64,000 nt of DNA from Oopsacas minuta (lineage: Eukaryota > Animalia > Porifera). The notes under the pieces are model-generated. The model worked only from the letters and a program-made list of their open reading frames with translations. It was not told where the DNA came from and did not search any database. Position 1 is the first letter of the stretch; each line of letters opens with the position of its first letter. This document shows positions 50,587-63,355 of the stretch, piece after piece. The stretch is from the NCBI GenBank assembly GCA_024704765.1, contig JAKMXF010000343.1:845151-909150 (forward strand), read 5' to 3'. A program made the position numbers and the translations under genes.

Positions 50587-53057
50587 CAGTACCATACTTC
50601 TGCTTTGGTGTTTCTTTTGTAGCACTACTTGTTATATTGTAGATTTGTAGTTAAAGTAGTGCATAGAAAGCTCAATACTAATTAGTTACTTCAAATATAA
50701 CGACCACCCATAGTATTATATCCAGCTATGGGGGTGTCATATATTTAATATTCTGTCCACTATCATAAGTAGAAACCCATGAAAACTTTGTTCCAACATT
50801 ACTAACGCACCTGGAGAGAAGCTGGATCATAACTATGCGATTAAATAGTACATGAATTGTTTCTAACATTGACACGAACACAAACGAACGATCAAAATTG
50901 GTTTGCCTTGACCGGAGTAATACAAATTAAACTACCATTTTAGGAAACAGAATATATGCAAATATATGTGTCATATCGGGAATTCCATTAACTAGGTCGA
51001 ATTATCGAGGTGCCACTGTATAAAATATGAAATGAAATGTTGCATTGTATATTTAGTGTTGCAAACAGAATTATGTAATAACCAGCTTTCCTTTAAAGTA
51101 ACAAGAATTACCTGCAGTGAAATACACTGAATAACAAACAAATGAACATGAAAGAGTAGAGTAACACGCGTGTATAACCGCAATATCAACAGTATGCGCA
51201 TTCCTATGGTAATTGTAATGTATAAATCAATACAATTTGACCATAGTGAGTAATACAATTTTCGGTACAATTGCAGAATCTTGCACTCCCAACTTTTTTA
51301 ATGTGGTCAAAAATCCCTATATGCACCGTTCAAGAACTCGTTGAGAGAAGTTGATAGAGCTAAAGAAATCCAAAATCAGATTAAAATTGACAAAGTTACG
51401 AAAAATTTACTCCCTAAGCCAAATCCTATGGGGAAAATTGTATACTCACTATAGTCAAATTGTATTCATTTATACATTACAATTACCATAGGAATGCTCA
51501 TACTGTTGATATTGCGGTTATATACGCTTGTTACTCTACTCTTTCATGCTCATTTGTTTGCTATTCAGTGTATTTCACTGCAGGTAATTCTTGTTACTTT
51601 AAAGGAAAGCTGGTTATTACATAATTCTGTCTACAATACTAAATATACAATGCAACATTTCATTTCATATTATGCTTGCAATTAAATTGCATCCTGTATA
51701 TGAAGTCGTTCAAACGTACCATACTTGCCAACTGTTACGTTGGTTGGCGGGACACCACGATTACTCGCCCCGAATATGTGTTGACTGCCAATGAGGCTAA
51801 TGTCTAGCCAAAACTTGACAAAACCCTTAATTACCCCTCTATTTTGTAGTCCAGTCTAATACAAATATGCTGCATCCGACGATGTCCCGCTCAATTAGTC
51901 CCTTCTGTCCCACATTTTATCTTCACTCATGTTGGCAAGTATGGGGTTGACACTTGCCCTGTAATACCCCGATAATGTTTAGCCAGTGCAGAGCAAAAGT
52001 ATCAAGTTTTGGATAGCTAATATAATACAGGTGGTATTTCTGCCTGAACCAAATGTGTGGGGTCAAATGTCTATTATAGATAAACTTGAGCAAGTGTAGT
52101 CAGTTTGTAACTGCAACACATTCTCATTATAACGAAGTGTTCTGGACTGGTACGGAACCCGGTTACATTTCGTGATCTGCAGCATTAGGATATATGCGGA
52201 GTAAGATCAATACTTTCAAGCTGGAGGGGGTTTGTGAATCACTTTGTTATAGAGTGAGTTTAGCCATATAATTGATGTTAGCTTATAACGAAAGTTTACA
52301 GTACAGGACCTTATGAGGTGGTGTAACAGGTTCGGCGGTCGCTCCGAACCAATAATTAGCAATGTATATTAATGGTGAGATGTGATGAATGCTGCAACAG
52401 TAAGTTTGTGATTCCTGCGTTCCTACAATACCAGTATTATTAGACAGTCAACTCCGCTTAATTAGGACAAATTTAGGTAATCGAGTGAAAATTAATAACT
52501 CACTCAAGAGGATTTCTCTTGATTTAGGAAATTGTAATAAGCTACGTACTAGGTACATCGCCTAATTTGGGATAAATATGGCCAAATCAAATTCTATTTA
52601 CTACTTATTGTTATCGGAAGACAATATAACGATCCGAATGAGAAATTTATTTGATTATGGGATTATTTACATAAATTTTCTTTACAACCAACAATCACCT
52701 AAAATATGGTAAATATGCTTGAGATTAAACATGAGAAGTGTGGTAAAAATGTGTGGTTTCAGATGCAATTTTCTATTGTATAGATTTGTTGATGTGTTCA
52801 TAGTTATACCAGTATCTATTACATACAAAATTTAGTATAATTGGAATTCTGTTTGTCTGGTTACTGAGTTGAACAACAAATGGTTTAGGAAAGTGGCATG
52901 CAAACCACATGTAATTATTACCTATCATTAAAGAATACATTAAACGATCATACAATGCATTTCGATCAATCTTAAGTCAAGTACAAAAGGAATATCAGGG
53001 AAATATAACTAACAAATTCTAATTATTCGAGTTGTGATTTCTATAATAGAATCCATA

Positions 53058-53994
53058 ATGGCAGTTGCTCCATCGTTTCAACCTCTGCTGGTTCCTACAA
53101 TATTTTCAGTTATTGAAGAAATTACCTTAATACAACTTTTCGCAATATCACTATTGATGAAGATACTTGCATAGCATGGCTCAAAAGTAACGGACTTTTA
53201 GCTACAGGGATGATGTGCAAATGCGGTAGAATTATGCGACCAGGAACATTTTCAGGTATTGCAGATGGAAAGGGATGGAGGTGCCCGGAAAAGTCATGCA
53301 AGAAATTCGCTTCGATGAGGATTGCTCATTCTTTGAAGGTGCTCATATACCCTTAACTGAGTTGGTAGAATTTCTCTATTTCTGGGCCGATAATCTGCAA
53401 ACTACTGCCTTTTTACACAAGAATCTAGGGTGGGGAGAGCATACTATAACTGACTGGAAGAACTTCCTCAGAGACCTATGTGTTGAGGAATTTTTAGTCA
53501 ATCCTCAACCAATTGGAGGGCCTGGGCATATTGTAGAAATAGATGAATCAAAGTTTGTACATCGAAAGTATTCAGGAGCTCGTATGCTATCAGGTCAATG
53601 GGTATTTGGAGGAATAGATTGAGAGACAAAAGTTATGGTACCTGTTCAAGACAGGTCGGCTGCAACATTAGTCCCTTTCATCCAAAGATATATTCTTCCG
53701 GGCACTACCATACTTTCTGACGAATGGGCATCGTATAATTCTATCCCCGCTGCAAGTTTTCAGCATCTCACCGCCAACCATAGTCTCAATTTTGTTGACC
53801 CTACTACAGGTGTACATACGCAAACAGTTGAGAGTACATGGGGTGATGCGAAGAAACGGCTGAGGAATTGCATGACTACTAACCCTATACTTTTAGATAC
53901 CCACTTATCTGAAGTTTGTTGGCAGAAGAAATATGGAGAAGCTAGTTTCTCCAACCTTATCATGGAAATAAGGAAACAATATCCAGTTGTCTAA
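53058..53994 (+). pseudogene. Merlin transposase pseudogene, unit 2
   Basis: Same motifs; shares the frameshift of unit 1, lacks its stop, and has private lesions near 53110 and 53620-53640. Confidence 0.92.
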
Positions 53995-56053
53995 CAGTAC
54001 CATACTTCTGCTTTGGTGTTTCTTTTTTAGCAGTACTTGTTATATTATAGATTTGTAGTTAAAGTAGTGTATAGAAGCTCAATACTAATTAGTTACTCCA
54101 AATATAACTACTACCCATAGTAATATATCCAGCCATGGGGTGTCATATATTTAATATTCTGCCCACTATCATAAGTAGAAACCCATGAAAACTTTGTTCC
54201 AACATTACTAACGCACCTGGAGAGAAGCTGGATCATAACTATACGATTAAATAGTACATGAATTGTTTCTAACATTGATACGAACACAAACGAACGATCA
54301 AAATTGGTTTGCCTTGGCCTGAGTAATACAAATTAAACTACCATTTTAGGAAACAGAATATATGCAAATATATGTGTCATATCGGGAATTCGATTAACTA
54401 GGTCGAATTGTCGAGGTGCCATAGTATAAAATATGAAATGAAATGTTGCATTGTATATTTAGTGTTGTAGACAGAATTATGTAATAACCAGCTTTCCTTT
54501 AAAGTAACAAGAATTACCTGCAGTGAAATACACTGAATAGCAAACAAATGAACATGAAAGAATAGAGTAACAAGCGTGTATAACCGCAATATCAACAGTA
54601 TGCGCATTCCTATGGTAATTGTAATGTATAAATCAACACAATTTTCCCCATAGGATTTGGCTTAGGGAGTAAATTTTTGTAACTTTGTCAATTTTAATCC
54701 GATTTTGGAGTTCTTTAGCTCTATCAACTTCTCTCAACGAGTTCTTGAACGGTGCATATAGGGATTTTTGGCCACATTAAAAAAGTTGGGGGGTGTAAGA
54801 TTCTGCAATTGTACCGGAATTTCAAATATTCGCAGTAGCCAGGATATATAACTGTACATTTAGTAGTTTTGAAATAATTATGCTCGGTTAGTGTATAACT
54901 ATATATGTTTGTATGTGCAGAATTGGTTGAAGAAACTGGAGGACCCCAGGGCTGATTTTTGGCAAACAGGGGAATTCTGGGCCTGGGTCGGAGAAGTTCG
55001 AGTCTTGGACGAAAATTCAAACCAATGACGAAATTACGACGTTATTGTCACCATTTTGGATTTTGCTCAAGAAAATTGAAAAAATTGGTTTAGACTATAT
55101 GTAATTGTGGTCAATAAGAGCAATATTATCAAAAAAATAAAATCTCATACTTGAAACAAGATTTACATGCAAAGACTAGTTTTAAGGGTAATTCCGTCCA
55201 TACTAAAATAGTTAGAATTGCAAATACCCGAAATAGTTCAACTGTTATGGTAATGGCATAATATATTACCTATTTACGTATTTCGAACCTTTCTCTAGAA
55301 ATGGGGGAGATACCAAAACATCATAGTTTAAATGTTAGTTCAATAGTCGAATAATTCTCATTTATGCATTCACACCAATCCTAAAAATGATTCTAGATGC
55401 AAAATAGGAACGGTTTTATCAACATAATTGGATGAATATTCTTGAGGATATCTGAATATAAGTGACCTTAGGGCTGGGAACGCAAAGAAACAATGTTCTG
55501 AGCTGTCTTGTCTACGATTCTTACTATAGTCAAACCTCTGTAAAGCGAACAGACTCGGGCCAGAGGTTTTTGTTCACTCTATCTAGGTGCCATTAAGTAG
55601 AGGTTCCAATAAATGATTGGGCATAGACTACTAAAGATAAGACCTGATCACTTCTTCGGACCAGGGATAAGAGGAAGTGGATATATTTTGATGGGAAAAT
55701 CTTGAATCGCAGATAATAAGAAAGTAGCATATTTTCACCCGAATAAATGATTTGATATTTATGACATTTGCGAAAAATTTTCAGATCGAGGTGACGCCAT
55801 TTGTTAGCGTAATTGGCAAATATATACTTAAAACAGCTCCAACTTGAAACCATGTGGAACATTAATTATTAATCTATGTTCAACATATTGAAACACCACA
55901 GGGCTGGATTTGGTTAACCGCCGCTATATCCGTAAACTGCAGTAGGAAAAGTATTTTCAGTTAACAGAACAGCATCATTTCAAACAATTTATTCATAATT
56001 CCTAAGGCTAAAGAGGTAGAATATCTAAATACCCCAATTCTGGAATATTATGA

Positions 56054-56420
56054 GTTATCGTACAAACTATGGATGTCACATGTTTTACAAATATCCACTC
56101 ATAACTCGATAATCGTGGAAATTATGGTCAAATCAGGGTAGCCATTTTATAGTATACGCACACCTTCCAATATCCTTGTAATATTTTTTGATATGATATG
56201 CCTAAAGTTTATTGCGGAATCTCAAAAATGACCATATATGGGCATATTCATGATTACGTCATATGGGTGAGAGATATCATTTCAAATTGTATCACAAGGG
56301 TATGGGAAGCTGGGTGTATACTATAAAATGGCTATCCCGGTCTGACCATAATTTCCACAATTATCGAGTAATAAGTGAATATTGGTAAATACATATGACA
56401 TCCATGGTCTGTGCGATAAC
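56054..56420. repeat. Foldback/MITE-like element with about 130-bp inverted arms
   Basis: 56054-56190 is the inverse of about 56290-56420 (e.g. ACTCGATAAT.GTGGAAATTATGGTCA, TAGCCATTTTATAGTATAC). Exact termini unclear. Confidence 0.75.
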
Positions 56421-56959
56421 TTAGATACGTGAGAACTTTATCAAGAAAATATTCCTATATTTTGTCGGATATCATTTTAGATCATTTGGTATTTCAACAT
56501 TTTAAACATATTATAGAAATTAACGTACTCCATGGTTTCAAAGATGGAGTTATTTTTAATATATGTTTGCCAATTACGCTAATAACGACGTCACTTCGAT
56601 CTGCAAATTTTCACAAATGTAGCTTTTCGAATTCATACTTATCAATATTACATTTATTCTTATTAGGATCGGTGAGGAGAGTATCCAGGTTACTGAGAAT
56701 ATATACTTGTTTTTCATAGTTGTATCTATGATATGGTGCGAATCGTGTCTAGAAGTAGTTAGAATAATGAGGTAGGATGTACCTGGATTTGAGCTGCACA
56801 GTAGGCTACTAGGGTGTATTATGCACAAATTCTAACCTACAATTTATACCATTTTAAATTATGAAATAGATTCTAGATATGGTATATTCAATGAGCAATA
56901 TGTAAAGTATCAGATGAAATAGTTAAGTATTTCTATTTTGTGGTCAATCAAATGTCGCT

Positions 56960-58560
56960 TGGAAAATCAATAACGAAGAATCGATACTAACCATCAGTGA
57001 CATAGTTTCACCAGAAAAATCAACATTCTTAGCATATCAACTTAAGCTCAGAAAAGGAAAATGGAGAGATCTTAAAGATAATCTCCAATCAGAAGGCCTC
57101 GTTTTGTCAACTTGAGAAATACTTATTGAAATTAGAAAGTCAATTGTTCCAACATTTAACTGGTATCCAAATGTTTCCAATCCTATAGGGGTCTATATAT
57201 CTTACTCATCACATGTAATTTCTCTCTTTGACCGATTGTTAAAAGAATGGGTGCTAAATTTTCTTGCACCACACTTCTATCAATTAACACTCAAAGTCAA
57301 GCATGGACTTGATGGTTTTAGATCTCATACTTCTCCTGGGTTATTATCAGACTCGAATATAGACCGATCAAATTATATTGTCTTCATGGTTTCTCCCATT
57401 CAGGTGATAGATCGATTCGGAATGTTCTGTGGGATAATTGGCATCCTAACTCGTGTTTTCCAACCAGCCAGTAGCACTTATTTTCCAAATGGAGACTATT
57501 GACACTGTTATAGATTTGAGCATATTATTAAACCCGGAAATTGTTTCAATTAATGATAATGGTTTTAATCACCCAAATGGCCATGTTAAAGTAGAAGTCA
57601 AAGCTTCAATGTTTGACAGCAAAACCTTAGCAACAATGAGAGGTAAAGGAGGAGCGCCATGTATTGCCTGCAAAGCAACCCGAAGTGATTTATATAGTAT
57701 TACGAATGTTGTTTGCGGGTTTCCTTTGGATTGTTCGATAGAAGATATCAAAGAGACAATCCGTCAGTTAACCTCTGATGGAGGAGAGCTGATGAGCTGC
57801 AATACAAACAACGGTGTGGGATTACACACGCACCTGCAAGTGGCATTGATGTTTTCCTGCACGACCTTTACATTCAATCTAAGGATTTTAGATTGGTTCT
57901 TGAACATCATCTACCGAGTTGCAGCAGGAAAGTCCAAGTCGACTGAGGATCAAATGGTGCGAGATTATCGAGGTTTAATATGCAAGCGTATCCATGAGCT
58001 TACGAACCTATTATTCGACCAACCAGGAAGTGGGAACACAAGCACTGGTAACATGGCAGAACATTTTTCATATAAAAAACCGTGTTTTAGGATCGCTTTA
58101 TCGTTTGTACCAAATGTTTATAGAAATACTCTAACAGAGATTCACAGGAATTTATCTGTATTACTCAGAGTTGCTAATAGTAGTGAAGTTGTCGATGTGG
58201 ACAGATTTCGTGTGTAAAGTCAAGAAACCTACTTGCTAATCTTAAAACCTTTCCTGGGTAACTATTAGCATACACTCCGTAAATTTTTGGTTCATGCCCA
58301 TCAGTTTATTGAGAGAAATGACAGGTGGGATTGTGGTCTTTCTGAAGGAGGGTTAGAACAAGGACATAAGTTAACCCGAGAGTTCTCAACATATTTGAGC
58401 AGGAAATCAGATTTTCTAAGTGGCTTAACTAATGTGCAATGAGGCTTACATCTATGGTTGTCCAATTCTGAATGAAAAATTCAGAAGGATCATCATTTGT
58501 TCCACCTGTGGTCAAGTAGGCGATCAAAAGAATTGTGTAAAAAAGAGCGAAAAGCTGAAA
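56960..58560 (+). pseudogene. Transib/RAG1-like transposase remnant, locus 2
   Basis: VKHGLDG.RSH, SMFDSK, CIAC, STGNMA, NLSVLLRV, HTLRKFLVH, LSEGGLEQGHK, CSTCG knuckle. 56960-57498 duplicates 41763-42301. Confidence 0.78.
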
Positions 58561-58895
58561 ATGTGACAACTAATATTTATAATGAAGATTCTCTTCTTTA
58601 AAATTCCTTCGATGAACCCTTCTTGTATTTTAAATTAATTCATCAATAAGAAACTCATGTGTTAGTTATTCTTCAGTTACCATAATATATTCATATGTTC
58701 AATGTTCTTCAATAACAACTAAGTTAAGTAAATATCTAGATTCCTGTATTACTCTACATGTGGTAATTAAGATTACGTCATTTATTGAAAACCTGATGTG
58801 ATACAACAAATTGAAATCAACAAACAAACCGCATAGTCGACTTACAATACAGTAATAATGCATTGTATAAGCCTATGTTTGCGTAAACCCTATTA

Positions 58896-59200
58896 CTAGT
58901 AATTCGCAAAAATAGCCCACTGTGGAACTGTGAATATGAATTTCCGAATTTGGAGCTTAGCACACCTTTGCATATGAGAGTATGACACAATTTCCAATTC
59001 CGATGCTATACTATGTCTCTCAAAAATATCAAATCTATGATGAACTTCATTTGTAGCCTTTTCTAAACAACTGATGGCCCTTTTCATTCTTTCATTTCCT
59101 TCAAATGCAAGATTTTGGATCCACTTTCTGATTTTTAAGTGAACAAAATTTTGTATGAAAGCTGGTTTCAGTTGGAATCGAAATTGTTTCAACTAAATCA
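58896..59200 (-). pseudogene. Probable C-terminal remnant of the Harbinger accessory (MADF/Myb-like) gene
   Basis: RFDIF..H.IASEL....YSHMQR.AKLQI resembles the helical C-termini of MADF-type partners; adjacent to the Harbinger nuclease remnant. Confidence 0.45.
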
Positions 59201-59320
59201 TCGTCATCATATACAGTATTATAGTTGTATTTTCATCATTCTTACTTTCCTAGAAAAGTATTTAAAGCTTATTAATATTGATACTTACTAATATAATGAC
59301 TATGAATATATTTTGACTAG

Positions 59321-60115
59321 GTACCCATTACACAAATCGAGTGGAGGACTGTTGCCCAAACTTTTATTGAAAAGTGGAATTTTCCAAGTTTTTTGGAGCA
59401 ATGGACGGGAAGCACATTACAATTAAACCTCCACCCAACAGTGGGTCATATTAAGAGATTGAGCATCGTTTTGCTGGCTCTAGTAGATACAGATTGAGGA
59501 TTCCTGTCTTGGATATTGGTTGCAATGGTAGAATTTCAGATGGCTGTGTATTTAGAAATTCTAAATTTATCAAGCTCGTGAGAATAATCCCTCAGATATA
59601 CTAAAGTGATTTTCTTCCTGGTACTGAACAATTATTTCCATATGTACTAGTAGAAGAGGCGTTTAAACTAAGAGAAGATCTTCTATAGCCATATAGTCAA
59701 GGAGGTTTGATACCAGTGAGAAGAATGTCAATTATAGGCTAAGTCGAGTCGTAGGGCGGTAGAAAATGCTTTTGGTATCTATCCAATCGTTTTCGGAAAT
59801 TTGAATCTCCTATAAATCTCATTCCAGAGAAAGCAGAGGCCCTAACCTTTGCCTGTTGTGCTTTCATAATTTCATCTCACGCAATGAAGCACGTGAAATA
59901 TATATACCATACGGATATGTGGACTTGGAAAACCTGAAACACACGCCATACAATTGGGAGAATTGCAAAATGGACAAATTTCTACAGTTTTAGAGCCATT
60001 GAACAGAGTAGAATCAAATTTTCACAGTAAGAGCCCGAAATATATTCGAGAAAAGGTATGTGATTAGTTTTCGTTTAAGAATAGAGAGATACCTTGGCAG
60101 TGGAATATTGTATAG
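59321..60115 (+). pseudogene. PIF/Harbinger (HARBI1-like) transposase remnant
   Basis: TTTTGACTAG|VPITQIEWRTVAQTFIEKWNFP, GAMDGKHI, SIVLLALVD, DIGCNGRISDG, RLSR..VENAFG, HNF; frameshifted. Confidence 0.85.
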
Positions 60116-60341
60116 CACATTCAATCCGACAGGCTTATGTAAATTTTAGTAACTATACTCGTTAAAGTTTCACTAAGCATTCCACTTGTAATGTAACATG
60201 TAGTAGATATTTATTTACTAACTAGTATATTAATGTAACCGTACACAGGTCGCTTACATTCATATTCGAAATACTCGTCTTGGAAAGAATACATTAAGTG
60301 TGAAACTGTAGGCGATTTAATAGTATCCATATTTGAAACAT

Positions 60342-62025
60342 TAGGCCGGATCGAGAAAAGTATAAATCGTCGGTTCAACTTCTACCTAAGGGAAAAGTTG
60401 CCATTACGATTTTCTAGGAAAATGTGAGACTTAAATTTGAAAATATTTCGATTTGATCCTTGCGGTTTATATTTTTGCTGTGTCACTTTCGCAAAATTGA
60501 TTTTATATTGTCCGAATTTTCAAATTCCTTTGACTTAGCCCCTTTATATATATTATTTGGTAATAGTAAGTCGCATATTTGCTATTGAATGGTATATTAA
60601 TCGAATTTCTATGTCCAAGGATACTCAAGTTATCAAGATTATTTTTTGCATATTCTATCATACCCTAATAACATTACCCACCCCCCCTTTATTTCCGATT
60701 ATTTGAAAATTACTAGCCTTTTTGTCTATCGTAGTATATGATTCAATTATGTTATATCAAGTATATTTAACATGCATAATCTTTCTTTGACTCAAATGCG
60801 GGCATTTTTTCTCTTGATGTTAGGGTTGAAAGAATTAATCCATGTCTCGCATCTTCTCCTGTTACTGAACACAAACTTTTAGTGACTAATTGAATAGTTC
60901 TTTCAACAGCTTGTGTATAGAATGGATATGGTGGAATTTCTAGTGGCGCACGTACACAATTAATTAGTACTTCTTTTGAGAGATATCTTGTAAGGAGGTT
61001 CTGTGACAAAAAAAGGTTTCCAAATCAATCATATCCACATATGTTTCAGCAGTGAACCTTATTGAAAGAAGATTAAATGGGCGAATTTCAATCCGTCTAA
61101 ATGATGAACTGTTAATTCGGATATCTAAAATAATCTTCACAGCCTTTTGTCTAATTTGTTCATCATTATCTGCAAGCATCGATAACAGGAGATTTTCTGG
61201 ATGACAAAAATATGAGTTTCTCTGTATCACATCGCAAATTACTTCTTGGTCAGACTCCGATAGATCTCGCAGCAAAGATATCGTAAAAAACATATTTTTA
61301 GGTCCATCTGTGCAAATCGTGTTACTCTTGATTCTAAACCATACTGGTACATAATAATTGACAACAAAATTGATAATTCGGGATAATTCAGGTGTAGGAT
61401 GTATCGTAGAAATGTACGACCAGGTTGCATCGATGCCAGTTCAGATGAGCAAATTCCAGTCTGAACTGCATGACAGATATTATATAGATATTTCTGATCT
61501 TATTTAAATTCTTGAGAATATCGCAATCAATAAATTGAGTTTTACCGCAAAAAAGATGATACGCTGCAATTGGTTTGCAAGTAAAATCACAATTAAGTTC
61601 TTTACCAATTACTCCTTTAAAAGAATTGGGTCCGCTGGTTTTCCATCTATTATTTGAAAGAGATGCCTCAATGGAAGTTCATTACCATGTAATTGGCAAA
61701 TAAACCAGTGGAGTGGTTTTGCGAACTCTAGTTCAAGTAATCTAATACGCCCATTGTAGATTCCAGTGTTAACACGAACTCCATCAGCTCCAACCGCCAT
61801 TTAATTTGAACTACACTCTCTGCAAAGATCAGTCAACTCCCTTGCTATATCTTTGGCTTTACCAGAACTTGGTGTTATATGGCCAACATCCTAATTCCCC
61901 GGTTCAGATAAAACAGTATAATGTTCTTCATTGCAGTATCCTGATGCAAATGTCCATCTTCTCTTTCTACCAGTACTCGAGTTTTGATCTTTACGGCCAT
62001 CAAAATATATTGCAGATATATCATT
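60342..62025 (-). mobile_element. hATm-like element copy 2 (one TIR plus 3' two-thirds of the transposase), interrupted by a MULE
   Basis: Colinear with 14153 to about 15886 of copy 1; left flank TGAAACAT; 49-bp deletion at GACC microhomology near 61420; homology stops at 62025. Confidence 0.9.
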
Positions 62026-62152
62026 GGGAAGTCCGACAAAACGTTCCACGACAAAATGTTCCACGACAAAATGTTCCAGACAAAACGTTCCACGACAAAA
62101 TGTTCCACGACAAAATGTTCCACGACAAAACGTTCCACAACATTTCGCTCCA
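62026..62152 (+). mobile_element. Left terminus of a Mutator/MULE-like element with 15-bp subterminal tandem repeats
   Basis: Starts GGGAAGTC exactly at the break in hATm homology, then 7 copies of CGACAAAA(T/C)GTTCCA (one 14 bp) at 62034-62137 and one degenerate copy. Confidence 0.7.
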
Positions 62153-62559
62153 CTTTTGATTGGTCAATTTTTGTTAACAATTTAACAGGTTTTAAATGGC
62201 TAAATAATTGAACTAATTTCTTGTTCTGAATTCGTTGGTTAATTCTAACTTAAATAAAATTGGTTTACCAGTTGCTTTGTATAATTTGCTAATTAGATTA
62301 ACCAAGTATCTTGTATAGATTCATTTAGATTGTGGTCGAAAATATACATAGTTTATTATTAGAGGATGACAGATATAATTACGTAGTAGTTATTACAAAC
62401 TGGTATAGCTTCAAGAGCAGTTGACTAGATCTTATTGCATTTATTTCAATCAATCTTAGCGTCCTGGCGGATTCAGTCGGTGCTAAAACCTGTTTTTCGG
62501 AGCCCGCTTCTTTGAGCTTATTTGTCTCGGTTGAATTCCAAATTTCCAATAGACATTAA

Positions 62560-62697
62560 CATTAATTTATTTCAGAATTACAGACACCCAATAATTCCGA
62601 CTTCCTGCCATTTATTAGTACCAAATTATATTGATAACCCCGAAATTACGGCCATTTACCTGAATCCAAGGGTGACCGTAATTCAGATGTTCCACTG
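62560..62697. mobile_element. Solo pogo/Tigger-like terminus
   Basis: Reverse complement CAGTGGAACATCTGAATTACGGTCACCC followed by TA at 62698-62699. Partner end not found. Confidence 0.4.
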
Positions 62698-63355
62698 TAT
62701 ATATATGTGTGTGTTCACTTGAAATTACTTCCTTGTTCACACCTTTGGACTTTGGAGGGGTTAAGACCAGATTTGGCATGTATACTCTCAATGAGATCTA
62801 GATGTGCACGGTTATCGAAGTGCTGTGCAGCACGCCCTGTGTTGGTTTTGCCCCTTTTGACTAAAAACATTGTTTATTGATTATATATGTATACCGCCCA
62901 CCGGAACCACATACGATTCAACCAAGCTGCGTATTGTAATGTTTGCTTTATTTATGTTCGAAATATTTTATATAAACGAGGGAGTTCCGCTTGCGGTTTA
63001 CGATCACGCTATTAGGGGGAAACCAGGCCTGACTAAGCCAATGTACAGATGGCCAATTAGAAATGTTTTAAGTTTAATTTTCATTGCTTTTGTTGAGATT
63101 ACTGAACCAAAGCTCTTTATAAATCCTAGTTTCCCAGTTTAAATATGACTACTTGTATTATTAATAAGTAACTTGTAAGAAATATAATTAATTAATTAAA
63201 CATTTATCTGATAACAATAGGAAACTAAACAAAACAAATAGAAACTAAAAACTAAACTATATTCTACTTGGGTGCAGCTACCACATCTCGACCACTGTCC
63301 ACTTCAATTGGTAGCTGCACCGTCAGGAATGAGGAGGAGATCCAGAGAGAGGTAG

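Larger units (their letters stand above)
47665..54815 (+). mobile_element. Composite Merlin (IS1595/ISXO2-like) locus: 178-bp TIR stub plus two tandem elements
   Basis: GGTAC...GTACC termini, perfect outer 8-bp TSD GGAATTTC (47657-47664, 54816-54823), TIR about 410 bp. Stub 47665-47842, unit 1 47843-51263, unit 2 51264-54815. Confidence 0.92.

Noticed and set aside
47709-55020. Repeated short ORFs (MREVDRAKE..., MLILLILRLY..., MYRKLYY...) as genes
   Set aside because: They lie within the Merlin TIRs and recur only because the TIR recurs; no domain features.
62034-62152. 15-bp repeat array as a CRISPR
   Set aside because: Units are directly adjacent with no unique spacers, there are no cas genes, the context is eukaryotic, and the array begins at a transposon insertion point.
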